From Basidiobolus meristosporus CBS 931.73 (Eukaryota; Fungi; Basidiobolomycota): a stretch of 44,778 nucleotides of DNA. The number at the start of each line of letters is the position of its first letter. Position 1 is the first letter of the stretch. Positions 1-11,949 of this stretch are shown in pieces. The notes under the pieces were generated by a model. The model was given only the letters and a program-made list of their open reading frames with translations, was not told the DNA's origin and did no database searches. The stretch spans positions 1 to 44,778 of the forward strand of contig MCFE01000689.1 in assembly GCA_002104905.1 (NCBI GenBank), written 5' to 3'. Made by a program: the position numbers and the translations under genes.

Positions 1-160
1 ATTTTCTTGGGACCTTCCTTAACCTATTCTATGCGTTTGTAATACCAAGACCGGGTAAAAGTATAAATACTACTTTTACATTCAATAAATCATTGAGTGA
101 AAACCACAAAATCTACTTGTCCTCCCAATCACTTCCAATATCTCCAAGACTTTTACAACA
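1..160 (+). repeat. 3' part of a Copia family B LTR, cut by the window start and inserted into CACTA-like ORF2
   Basis: Matches 37494-37653 and the reverse complement of 40885-41044. Contains TATAAATA and AATAAA and ends ...TTACAACA. It is followed by ORF2 sequence rather than a PBS, so it is a 3' or solo LTR. Confidence 0.9.
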
Positions 161-1411
161 GTTCCATGAGCATTATCCTGGACTCAAACAGGCAAACAGA
201 TATTGGGTCAGCATTGGTATGCAAGAAAGTATCTTAAGAATAGCAGAAACTATCAAAGGCAGAAGTAAAAGGGTGCCATGGCTAAAACCAGCAGCTTCCT
301 GAAGAGCCCATTACAAGCAGGGCCAAAAGCTCCAGATAAGCATCAAAGAGATGTCAGGTAGCTGGAAGAATGCCAACTAGGGACAAGCAGGCAGACATGG
401 ATGCACCAGCACAACATTTATCAAGGATAAAGTGTAGTACCACTCAAGAAGCACCCAGTCAATGTAGCAGTGAAGGATCTGGTAGTGATAAAAACCAGCC
501 GCTTTTACAGGAGCCCATAACAACTATAATTGAGAGCTCAAAACAAGCGGAAAAGAAACATCAGGTTGCCAAAAGTGTGCCAGCAAGGGACACAGGTCAA
601 AATAGAAGCATCAGAGCAGAACTTATCCAGGAGAAATTGTAGTCCTTTACAAGAAGCACTCAGGCAAAGTAGCAGTGAAAGACCTGGCAGTGATAAAGGA
701 AAAGGTAAAGGGAAAGATGTCTACCCAAGCCTGAGACAGGGAGGCATGCAAAAAATACTGCAGTTCTTGCCAACTAACGCTGCAAACCAGGAACAGACTG
801 AATCTCATCATAGCCAAGAAGAGTTACCAGCAAGAAAACAGCTGTCTTCACAAGAGTTGGAAGTGCAGCCAGTTGAGCTACATTCCAGCAAGGTAGATGA
901 GTTTCCTGAAAAAGACAATTTATCTGCCACATCTTCCATTCTTGACAGAGTGGAGATCCCACTGACAGACAAGGCTACAACATCAAGAGCTTGAAAGACT
1001 ATCACAATGCCTTCAGTGGAGTTTTGGAGCATTAATGGGCACACCAAGAGGTTGCAACACTTCTTCAAGAGCAGTGCTCATGAGAATGCACTGGAATAGT
1101 GCAGGGGTTTATTGCAAAGACTGGCAGATGAGGAGCTAGACCTTGTTGTGCCAGCTGAAGACCAGGACATGTGGGAACCAGTGAATGAACAGTGGCATAA
1201 AGCCGTTGGGCTCCTGCCAAAGTTGTGGAACCAGAGCGTTACAGCAGAAATACTTATTGAGTAGTGGATTTTAATGGATTTACTTATTGAGTGTGGGGTT
1301 GGGCTTAATGTTAGTGTGGGTATAGAGACTTGTATAGGTCAATACAATTGGCAATTGAGGTACAACTAAAGTTTCAACGGAAATAAACCAATTTGTACGC
1401 ATGAAAAGTAA
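161..1411 (+). pseudogene. ORF2 of the CACTA-like element, 3' part (unknown protein)
   Basis: Frame 530-1411 reads continuously apart from in-frame stops at 992, 1097, 1262 and 1367. The same frame and final stop are conserved in the minus-strand copy at about 31140-31700. Confidence 0.65.
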
Positions 1412-1554
1412 GAGAAACGGTTGAGTCAGAAAGTAAGGAGTATGGAAAAGAGGCAATAGCCAATCAACTCACACAAACATAGGAGGCAATAGAGTGTCCA
1501 GAATCAGAAAGTGAGAAAATTGGTAGGGAACCAATCAAAAGCCACTTATACATT

Positions 1555-1765
1555 AGACTTGTTCCATTGTGCTATGGATTATAGTGCCAGAAAGTGCTGT
1601 ATATGTTGTTATTAATTTAATATTTTAGGGTCATATGCATGTCAATTTTGATCCCAAATTGACACTGTATGGTATCATTTGGCACTCTGTGGCATGATCA
1701 GGCACCATATGGCGTGCTATGGCACTATTGGGCACTATGATCAGCTGGAATGATGGAACAAGTCT
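1555..1765. mobile_element. 211-bp MITE with 13-bp TIR AGACTTGTTCCAT and ATT target duplication
   Basis: ATT(1552-1554)-AGACTTGTTCCAT...ATGGAACAAGTCT-ATT(1766-1768). Internal GGCAC(T) repeats and an AATTTTGATCCCAAA motif are shared with 12185-12918. Confidence 0.85.
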
Positions 1766-1985
1766 ATTGTTGTGATGATAAATTTTGACTAAGTTTGTTT
1801 TGGAATCTGGGGTGCAATTATTTTTCAACAGTCTCTGGACAGTGTCCCAACAGGATCAGTACCTCTTAGTCATGGGACTGCAGCTTTGTGACAGCCTTCT
1901 GACAGGATCATCTCAATAATTCTTCATAGGGGTAGTAAATCCTCAAAGCCCCTGTAACTGATATTAGTGCAAACATGCTACTCCT

Positions 1986-3453
1986 CTAGATGGCTTCCAG
2001 ATATTCTCTGCCGTTGTGGTGGTGTAGAGGTACTCCTGGGAGAAGCTACACAACTCAAGGTGTGTGAGGTGTCTGATGGGTGCAATAACCTCTGTGTCTA
2101 AACTGCTGGTGTCTTTGTCAATATGTCACTATGGTAAAAGCTCCTGCTTCTCTAGCTTCCTAGGTGCTCCAAGTGTCTCCAAAGGCCTCTGTGTGTCTTG
2201 TGCACTACCCTGAAAAGCTCCTTGATGGCAGGTCTGAGATGTACTGTTGAAGGCAGGTGCAGTGATCAACTACTAATCAATAAGGTAGAAGTGTTACTGA
2301 TAAAAGGGATGATTTATTGATGAGGGATTGCTTTCCCTTGAATACTTTTCCTGATTGCCAAGTGATTACTAATGTAAAGGTTCTAGAAGATTCTAGGTAT
2401 CAGTGGAATTCTTGATGACATCACTATGAGCTAAAAATATGCCAAGAATGTCCTGGAAGGTTCTAAAAGGCACAGCACATTCAACCAATCAGGAATCAGT
2501 TGTCTGAAACCTGTGCTACATAGAAATACGATATATGGTATTGAAATGGTAGGGATGTTAACACAGACTTAGGTCATGTGTCACGGGTACTGACGCGGGT
2601 ACTTGCCTTATGTAGATACACATACTGATCACAAAGCTGAATAACATCTGGGATAACTAATGCTAATAACTAATCAGGGTAAACATCATATGGGGATAAT
2701 ACTGATAATATGGGCAAAAGAAGAATGGGATAATACTGATAAGATAAAATATGGATAAGTATATCATAATGACTATATGAGTAAACTTGTCTGTGGGAGG
2801 TATGTTTACCCTACCACACCATTTTTGCTCTTGAGCATTGAACTAGCAATTTGTCTTTGACATTAAGGCAAATACAGTTAAGGGCACTTTGTTCTTTCTT
2901 CTGGTACTTGAAGGCTTCTACTCCCACATTTTTAGGAGGGCATTCTTCTCCCATGACAATATCCCAAAGGCCTCTTTCTTGTAGCAGCATCTTCATTTTC
3001 ACCTTCCACACTTGGTAGTTAGATCCATCCAACTTTTCAGCAGAGGAAATATCACAATAAAAGCAGTTGTAGACACACAGAGAGTGACAGCTTGGGACTT
3101 ACAGCCTGTTGTAAGTCCATTGGAGATGCTGGAAGTGATTAGGTGAACAAGTAGATTAGGTGGTTTTCACTTATTGATTTATTGAATGTAAAAGTAGTAT
3201 TTATACTTTTACATGGTCTTGGCATAGTAATCATGTAGAATAGGTTTAGCAGGCTCCCAAGAAGAAGTATGTAAAGTTTGGGGCTGTTTGAACAACTTTG
3301 AGAATTTTCATGTTATGGTTTCCTGATATGCTGGTGAAAATATTTTAAGTAAATCCCAACAAGGATTTTGGTAAGTGATCTCTGGGATTTGTAAGTAGTT
3401 ATCTAGGCTACTATGTTAAGTGAATATTTAGGTGGAATACAGATTTTATAACA
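1986..3453 (-). mobile_element. Copia family B 5' fragment: LTR 3107-3453, degenerate PBS, gag N-terminus
   Basis: 347-bp LTR homologous to 37307-37653. The PBS remnant GGCTGTAAGTCCCAAG is adjacent. ORF 2811-3032 (DGSNYQVWKVKMKMLLQERGLWDIV) is a typical Copia gag N-terminus. Confidence 0.85.
2015..2818 (-). repeat. Solo LTR, family D (804 bp), inserted in Copia B gag
   Basis: TGTGGT...ACCACA termini; 4-bp TSD CCGT/CCAT with one CpG transition. The flanks rejoin as Copia B gag (CSRAK..AENIWK). A second copy lies at 9640-10443. AATAAA is on the minus strand. Confidence 0.8.
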
Positions 3454-3889
3454 GGGAAATCATTGAATCTTAGATTCAGGTACCCTATGAAACATAATTT
3501 GATCCTATGGGTGGATCCAATCCAGATCAGCCTTCAGGATCCAGCTTGGAGACCTTCATAATACCGGCAGCTTGTTGTTAGTGACCCTCTTAGCAATCTT
3601 ACAACAGGATCGCAATGGTGTTTGGCTAATCTTACTGCTAAATAATGTTAAAAAACTTGATGGGGTTTTATTAGTACTGTAGCAATAATTGTGTGGCATT
3701 ATTGTGGTCTTAAATCACTTCACAACTATTTTAAATGGATCTAACTGGCCAGTACATCCAGTTGCCTTATGTGAAAAAAACATGGCAGCATTTTGATGGC
3801 CTGATGCAAGTCTCTGGTTGCATTATTATGGTAGTATTGCGGCCTGCAGCTAGTTCTGTACAATGCAACTGTATTAACTTACCAAATGG

Positions 3890-5361
3890 TATTTCCTTTT
3901 TCTACTTCTTCATGCACAATTCATATTTTCCATTGTAGAATCACCCCGCTCTGTTCACATACCCACCACTACCTTGAGAATTCCACATACAGTTTGAATC
4001 AAAAAAAACTATGGCCTCCTACTTATTAACCTCTACAAATGCACACACCTGCCCAATAGAAACAGCTTCTGAGTGTGATATTTGCAAAGTTGCCCTGTAC
4101 CTTGTACTTATGGTAGCATATGCATCTTGCAAACATATGCTTGGTTATTGCCACTTCTGCCATGAATACCTCCTGAAAATCTGCAAAAGATTAATATCTC
4201 CTGAATATCCACAAAGAACCTCTTAGTATTTAGCCAATATATTCCTTCTCCCTGCTGGATTCTAGTCCCCCTTATAGGTGCACTCTGGCTTGTGTTTGTT
4301 TGAATTCAGTATTGAATGGTGTAGAAGTTGTCTTGTGGCCAAGAGAAATCTGGCATACTTGAGTAGAGCTTTCCTAATCAAAATTAGTTGCTTGTTGCAC
4401 CCAACCCAATTTTGCATTACTTAACAGATTACCCACACATTGGGGCTGCTTAGCTTCTTAATTCCATATGCATAGGTGTTTCCACATGCACATCTGTCCT
4501 CAGTATTTTCCAACTCTTTCCGGCTGCTCTCCATGTACCAACTCATCACATCCATGATGGACTGTATGGTAATATTCTTGATAAGATTGGGATATAGTAG
4601 TACCTGCAACTTGAATTGTCTTCCTATCTCCCCACACATCCACTGCATAGGAAACTCCAAACAGGTGAAGTAAGGCCCAATATACTCCACACACCAAGCA
4701 AGATAGAGTAGAGAATTGATACATGAGCAGTAGAGATTTATGCAATTAGCCTTTTTTTTAGTATAGCCACTCAAATCCCATTACAAGCTCCTTGCACAAC
4801 AGCTACAAATGTGTCAAGTTGGCATTGGTGATCCACTTCTGGATAAATATTATTACAATTTCCACATATAACTTCCAATGCTTCCAATGCACTCTTGGTA
4901 AGGATGGCTTCAGAACACCACTTGAATAAATACATATCCAGTTCATCCAGTCTTTGCATTTATATTGTTGCATTTGCATTTGCATATGATTATTGGTTGG
5001 AGCCCATGAGAAGTACTCAGGGTAGCAGATACTCTGTAATACCTTGCCAATCCTTTCAAATCTCTTTGGTATCTCAAAGGGCTCATTTAGCTTGAAATGC
5101 CCCATGTACAACTCAGTCATCAGTACAGGGATGTTGTTGAAAAGCTAATTCAGTGCTCCCAGTGAAAAGCTTTTGCTCCAACAGATACCCTCTATCTTAA
5201 GTAACTCTGGTTTCCAATTAATTCCATATTCTGGCCAATGGCTTATAGCTTGCTAGCTTTGCTGCAATTCCATGTTGACTTCTGTACTCTCCCTCTGTGG
5301 GAAGAAGATATTCTTAGTGTTGATGCATAGGTAATAATGATGTGTGCAAGTTATGAAGTAA
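3890..5361 (-). pseudogene. Tnp2/CACTA-type transposase, C-terminal half
   Basis: Motifs YKCKDWMNWICIYSSGVLKPSLPRVHWKHW and LLYLAWCVEYIGP...FPMQWMCGEIGR are typical of the CACTA TnpD C-terminal region. Many stops and frameshifts. Confidence 0.8.
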
Positions 5362-8357
5362 AAAAGAGTCCACCTAATTATTAATATATTATGAGCTAGC
5401 ACTTGGTTAAACTGACATGTCTCAGAATATTAACTTGGAAATTAGTTTGTAAGATATTGGCAAATTATTAGAATTTTGAGAAGTACAGGATTTTAGGAAA
5501 ATTTGAAACTTGGCACATGTACTCCTGGGACTCCCCCAATAATGAACAAATAGTTACATATAGGTAGATCTGCAATAAGTATAAATTCTGTGCTCCAGCT
5601 CAAAAAATCAACAAGTGAATATTTTGCAAATCTTCTAATTCTCCATTTCACTTCCAATATATCTCTCTAATATCTTAACAGATTATGAGCCCCAAACTTG
5701 CTATATGTTGGGTGTCTACTCTGCTCTAGTGCTGTGTCTTTACTCTGGAGAGAGACTGCCTGGTCTACCTGAAGGTACAAAATATAGAGAAGTACTGCCA
5801 CTGCAAAGAACTGCTATGTGGGATGTATTATTATGGAGAGAGAGGCCTTTGCTCTTGAAAAAGACACTAGGCAAAGAAAAAGGTCATATGTCAAGGAGGT
5901 CATGTTGGACAAACTTCAAGCTATGAAATGTACCAATGGTTTAGCTTTAAGAAAATGCATAATCCCTGCAAGGAGTCCAGATCAATAAGGGGCATATTAC
6001 GTAGTATATGTATTAATGCTATGATCCCTATCATCATAACATAAAGAAGCTATGTTGAAGATTCACATATACCTGAGTTTGAATTAGACTGTTTCAGTCA
6101 ATGAAGTGCCCGCATTGCTACAGTGAGTTTACATAAGTCTGTAGCCACTTGAAATGAAATGAAGCACAAACACTTTGAAGCTGCCTGTTGCCCTAGTCTG
6201 GAGTAGAAAACACAGACAGATATATGAATCAGCTTGCCCAAATTTTGAGGATCAGAATGATGTAGAATACCTACATATCTGGCTGAAGATCAGTGATCCC
6301 AGACATGCCAACTTAGGAGTGGTATGCATGTTAGTTCAGTAGTACTATTTCCAGTACCAATGATCCTGAGGCTCTATGAGACACTTATTAGACAATCTAC
6401 ATGTCACATTAAGTATCAGAAACAGTGGTAGGTAATATATTGATATATATCTGAACATGGGATTTATACAACCATAAAGAAAAGTGCTACTGGAGATCCT
6501 GACTAAAACTATATGCATGTAGTCTCCATATATACTGTAGATATTATATGAACTACTATTGAAGAATGTACTAGTTGCCCTATACTAGTAGATATATCAC
6601 TAAGCATTTAGTGATTGCTGATCATCTATGTACCAACATAAATCAAATATTGATCTTGCTATTATGATCATATCAAGGTACATGCAGCTCCCAGCTATGG
6701 GCCACACTGCAGTAATGAAATCTGCTACCAGGATGCTGAGAGAAATGGCTTTTTAAGGAAGCTTATTTGATCAAATTTGATCAAGCCTGTGAAAAGTTAT
6801 GTCAGATCTAAGCAAATGACCAATTTGGATGAAAAATCTCAGAATAGAAGTGCTCTGCAGATAGGAGGTTCCTGAGCACTCTAGAGGATCTGACAAACTG
6901 CAGATATGCTATCTGAATGATCCAGAGCTAGATCAAAAAGGAAAATCCAGCAACAAGCAATCCCAAGATAAGATATAGAACAAAACCTTAATGCCAATAA
7001 GTTGTCAGTTTCTAAATAGAGTTAGGTGCTACCTAAGTGAGTTTTGCACTATCTAGAGAACTACATATGATTTGGCAATCCTATTGCACAAGGATAATGA
7101 AGCATTGATGCTTGCAAAAGCAACAGAAAAGTCTATAAGAAACTACACACTGAGAGGCAACATCATTACTACAGTGAACAATGAAGTCAACTCCCTTGCA
7201 GTTGGAGCTAGAAACGTGGTACCAAGGGCCAAACTAAGGGTTATAATGGGTGCAGAAGATCATGGGCTTGTCCATTTGCTCTGTCAATCAAGCTCTATGC
7301 TGGAATACTCCATCAAAAGTGACAGTAGCATATCAGAGCTGTTATGGTTGATTTATGCAATTGGAAAGTGTCTGATCCAGTTGTACGGTTCAAGTTCAAT
7401 GGTTTATATATGAATATAACTATCCTGTTTAGGATGAAGCCTCTATGAATAGCTACCAATGAGGCTGTGGTATTCTGTGATACAACTTCAAGCCTATCAA
7501 TATGCAAAGGGAAGATCTCAGTACTGTAATAGAGATATCAGTCCAAGAAGGTTATGCCTAGATCAGAACAATATATATGATCATATATAAAGGCAGGAAG
7601 CACCAGAAGATGTAGCTTCAGTGGGAGTACAATATCCCAGATCAGGAATGAAGAAAACCTAATCTAGATACCATTCAAAGCAGTAGCCTGGAAGAGGAAA
7701 TACTTGGTCAACTGGTGAAGAATAAGGGCAACCACAATGCTGACCAATTGTTGGTCTCAGCAGATCATATATGAAGTATATGAGGAAGGTTGTTATCCAG
7801 ATCCAGCTATAGTTATATGGAGCACAGTCTAAGTAGATTAGACTACTTACCAGAGCTGTGGACAAACCAGATCTACTGGTGAGAAGACCACATCTTAACT
7901 TTGCCAATTTTTGACAAAATATACTCAAATAAGAAACAGCAGAAAGCCTGAGAATGCAGCAATCTGATCATAGAGAATATGATGAGATATAATCTGTATC
8001 AGAAAAGCTTTACTTCCATCAATTGAATGATACTCATCCAGGGATATTTTGTGATGAGATCAGTACTCAGACTCAAAGTTATTTGATCTGTAGTATGTAT
8101 TAACAGTATGTACTTATACTTAGTTTTTACAGATAATATACAATCCTTCACATATACTGCAGAATACATTAGTCCAATAGGTTATATGGTTGATTGCAGG
8201 TTTAATTCCAATTGGAAATACACATTATCACAGCAGGTTCATAAGTATATGAATAAATTATGTGAGTGAGAGTGTTGAAATAATTCGGAGTCCACCAAAT
8301 TATTAATAAATTATGAACTAGCACTTAGTTAAAATGACATATTTCAGAATATAAACT
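5362..8357 (+). mobile_element. Copia-type LTR element, family C, with a very degenerate ~2.6-kb interior
   Basis: 5' LTR about 5362-5680 (first ~14 bp lost), PBS GATTATGAGCCC at 5681, purine-rich GAGTGAGAG before a 3' LTR starting TGTTGAAATAAT at 8273 and truncated near 8357. The LTR matches the solo LTR at 32355-32703. Confidence 0.7.
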
Positions 8358-9230
8358 TTGATAATGAGTGCAATACTGTCAAGCTTTGCAATATTGGTTG
8401 GACTACATGTGCTACTTTAGACAGGGTATCACTAGGATATTTCTGGAGTGTGAGCAATGCTTTCCCTCATTGATGGTAGATTCCTGACAGCTTGGACATG
8501 TTGCAATGGTGGTATTTTTGAATGTGAGTGATATGCAACTGTTAACATGCAGGTATCAGGACAGTCTCTGGATCATATGTTGCCAGCCACATTACTGTTG
8601 ACCACTTGTACCATGTACATGGTAAGTTGTATCCTGGAATGATTTTGGCAAGAAGTATTACTAAGTCCTCAAAGCCACCATTACTGATATTAGTGAAAAT
8701 ATGCCACTTCTCTAGCCACAACATTACATCATTCACTAGTAGATGGATTACTGGGCTCACTTGGCTCCATAAAGTATCCTTGGCATTTGTTTCAATGGGT
8801 GATGTCTCATTGCATATTGGGATTTGACTGGGCTCATGTGTGGTACTGTTGTTTGGGGAGATAGGTTCACAATCCATCAGTGAGCCTTCTTTGTTAGAGC
8901 TAGCACTCTGCATGCCATATTCAGAAGGCTGAGGTGCACCTAAAGGCATCAAAAGCACACTTGACTCAGTTTGTGTAAGGTTACAAAGATGGCCTGGTTC
9001 CAACATAGATGTATCAACTGGCCAGCAAGATAATGTTGGCACAATAGTGACTGATGAATGGTCCATATGACTTGTGCAGCAAAACACTGGCCATGATCCT
9101 TGTAATACTTCTATTGCTCTCTCCATGCTTCATGGCTGAAAGGCTTGCTATAATAGCCACATGGTCTTATTTCTCTGCACTTTTGACATTGAATCAAAGT
9201 AGTCTTGTCCATGGAGCAAACAGTTTGACC
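8357..9230 (-). pseudogene. Tnp2/CACTA-type transposase, N-terminal part
   Basis: ORF 8542-9126 contains FTNISNGGFEDL...LPCTWY...YDPETVLIPAC and is homologous to 33900-34650. Confidence 0.75.
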
Positions 9231-9639
9231 TTCAACAACATAATGCTATTATATCACTTTTTGGTTAATACTTGTGTGAATTCAAGACAGTCTTGTAATT
9301 GAGACCTTGCACTTACATGATTGTAAGATTCAATGATGACCTGCCATAGTAAGCATTATGAATATAGTTGTGGCACAACATACCCACATATATGTAACAC
9401 TATTAACCCTTTGGTTTGACTTACTTCCATATATATCCCACCAAAAAATAAAGCAAAGTTGTCTGGCTCCCAACCAAATCCCACCACTGACAGCAGCAGA
9501 AGAATGGCTAGACAACAGCTTGCTTTGACATTCAGTGCAACAAGCAGGGCTACATCTAAGAAAGGCCATGTTGACAGTCCCTGAGAAAAGTAATTTGCCC
9601 GCTGATGGATCCAATTTGGATCAGCTGTCAGGATCCCAT

Positions 9640-10443
9640 TGTAGTGGTAGAGAGGTACTCCTGGGAGAAGCTACACAACTCGAGGTGTGTGAGGTGTCTG
9701 ATGTGTGCAATAACCTCTGGGTCTAAACTACTGGTGTCTTTGTCAATATGTCACTATGGTAAAAGCTCCTGCTTCTCTAGCTTTCTAGGTGCTCCAAGTG
9801 TCTCCAATGCCCTCTGTGTGTCCTGTGCACTACCCTGAAAAGCTTCTTGATGGCAGGTCTGAGATGTAACTGTTGAAGGTAGGTGCAGTGATCAACTGTT
9901 GATCAATAAGGGAGAAGTGTTACTGATAGAAGGGATGATTTACTGATGAGGGATTGACTTCCCTTAAATACTTTTCCTGATTGCCAAGTGATTACTAATG
10001 ACAAGGTTTTAGAAAACTCCAGGCATCAGTGGAATTCTTGATGACATCACTATGAGCTAAAAATATGCCAAGAAGGTCATGGAAGGTTCTAAAAGGCACA
10101 GTACATCCAACCAATCAGGGCTCAGTAGCCTGAAATCTGTGCAACATAGAGATACCATATATGGTCTTCAAATGATACGGATGTTAACACAGACTTAGGT
10201 CATTTGTCATGGGTACTGACTTGGGTACTTACCTTATGTAGATACATATACTGATCACAAAGCTGAATAACATCTGGGATAACTAATGCTAATAACTAAT
10301 CAGGGTAAACATCATTTGGGGCTACTACTGATCATATGGGCAAAAGAAGAATGGGATAATACTGATAAGGTAAAATATGGATAGTATAACATAATGGCTA
10401 TATGAATAAACTTGTCTGTGGGAGGTATGCTTACCCTACCACA
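9640..10443 (-). repeat. LTR family D, second copy (804 bp), no matching TSD
   Basis: Same length as 2015-2818, collinear with it, and with the same TGT...ACA ends. The flanks CCAT and GCGC do not match. Confidence 0.8.
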
Positions 10444-10474
10444 GCGCTTTATTTTCTTAATTCCTCATCCATGA

Positions 10475-10795
10475 GTATTTTGTATTCACTAAAACTTGAA
10501 CTGATTTTTATTGAGGTTCCAGCAGCTCCTTATGTACATTTTGCCAGATCAATTGCTGACTAATTTTATTTCCTAATGTAGGTTGTGGCTGATGACTCAT
10601 TTGATTGCATCATCATCACCCAATAAGATCCTACTTAATATATCTATTTCTGTCTGATAAGGATCTGCTGATTCATTTGCTGACTAATGCTACTGATTTC
10701 ATAGATAATACTGATATACTGATAACCTAAACATATACTAATTGATTTGACTAAAAACTGATATAACTTAAACATTCAAGCAGCAGATCATAACA
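10475..10795 (-). repeat. Truncated copy of the Gypsy LTR
   Basis: Reverse complement of 15513-15835; the last ~45 bp of the LTR are missing. Confidence 0.9.
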
Positions 10796-11935
10796 GCCGC
10801 ACACTTACCTTCAAAGAAGTACTCTTTATACCAGAAATACCCAAGAACCTACTCTATATATGCTAGGCAAGAGTTGAAGGCCTCTGTTTCAGCTTTGACA
10901 ATACAGAATGCTGGATCACTGATCAAAGTAGTACTCATATTGCTTTTCATATCAGAGAGCACAATCTGTACAAGTTCAATCATATTCCATCTTATCTAGA
11001 AGCCAATATAAGTAACATGACTAAAGAAATACCAATGGTTTGGCACAGGAGATTAGATCACATCAATCTTGATTTTTTGTGCAAATGATCAAAAATCAGC
11101 CAAATTTCTGGAGTAAAAATTGAACCCCAGACAATTTAGAGCACTGTGAGCCTGCATATATGGGAAGCAAGCCAGACAACTGTCAAGTAGCTCTTGGAAT
11201 TCAGAACATACAGAAATTGGGATCTAATCCACTTGGATCTATGCGGACTTATGCAAGCTATGTCCTTAGGGAGTATAAAATGTTTTCTAACTTTTATTGC
11301 TAATTATACAAGATACCCATGAGTCTACATCACAGAGAGAAAGGATCAAGCTTTGTGTAAGTTGAGGGAGCTTGAAGCTATGATGGAAAGGGAAGCTGGC
11401 AAAAAATCAAGAAAATATGCACTTACAATGATGGAGTATACACCTCAAAGGTCCTCATCCACTTCTGTAAAAATCTTGAGATAACACAAGAAACTACTCT
11501 GCCATACTCCCCACAGCAAAATACCATGGCAGAGTGTGCAAACAGATCAATAATTGATATGGCAATATCTATGATCTATGATCAAAAATTATTCTTTGGT
11601 TTTTGAGCAAAATCAGTTGCTACAGCTGCGTGCCTTAACAGCAGGAGTTATAGCAGAATACTTTGAAATTCTGTTCCATTGAAGGCATGACACAGATATA
11701 GACAAATTGCAGAGTATCCAAGAATATTTGGGTGCACAGCATATGCTAAGAAACTATTTGGAAGTTTGTTAATATATCAGCCAAGAATATATCAAATAAA
11801 TACTTTTAGGCTACTACAATGAGAGTAAGGCATACAGAATCTGCAGAGCTGAAGCAAAGAAGCTGATCAAGCTCAGGGATATGTTGTTTGATGAAAATTC
11901 ACAATTTTCTCAACATTAAGACACATGCAGTTAAA
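10796..11935 (+). pseudogene. Degenerate Copia family B protease/integrase fragment
   Basis: Aligns with the reverse complement of 43080-44190 (HTLTFKEVL..., WHRRLDHIN, CGPMQ, YSPQQN motifs) and has many stops. Confidence 0.8.
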
Positions 11936-11949
11936 GGCACCATATTCTC

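Larger units (their letters stand above)
161..1931 (+). mobile_element. CACTA/CMC-like DNA transposon copy X0: ORF2 half plus terminal inverted repeat
   Basis: 161-1430 aligns with the reverse complement of 31117-32354. It ends in ATTCTTCATAGGG (1919-1931), the reverse complement of the CCCTATGAAGAAT terminus at 13022. Confidence 0.75.
3483..9639 (-). mobile_element. CACTA/CMC-like transposon copy X1, interrupted by LTR element C and cut off at LTR D
   Basis: Begins with CCCTATGAA at 3483. Transposase remnants run at about 3890-5361 and 8357-9230, and the start of divergent ORF2 is at about 9430-9639. Collinear with the reverse complement of 33400-36600. Confidence 0.8.

Noticed and set aside
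93-302. 69-aa ORF as a real gene
   Set aside because: It is chimeric: the first 23 codons are LTR-B sequence and the rest is CACTA-like ORF2 after the junction at 160/161.
2245-2818. Shorter D LTR ending at TGTTGAAGG (2245)
   Set aside because: Homology between the two copies continues to 2015/9640, where the inverted end and TSD are found.
2015-10443. The two D LTRs as the ends of one 8.4-kb retroelement
   Set aside because: The first copy has its own TSD and sits in Copia gag, the outer flanks do not match, and the interval holds unrelated elements.
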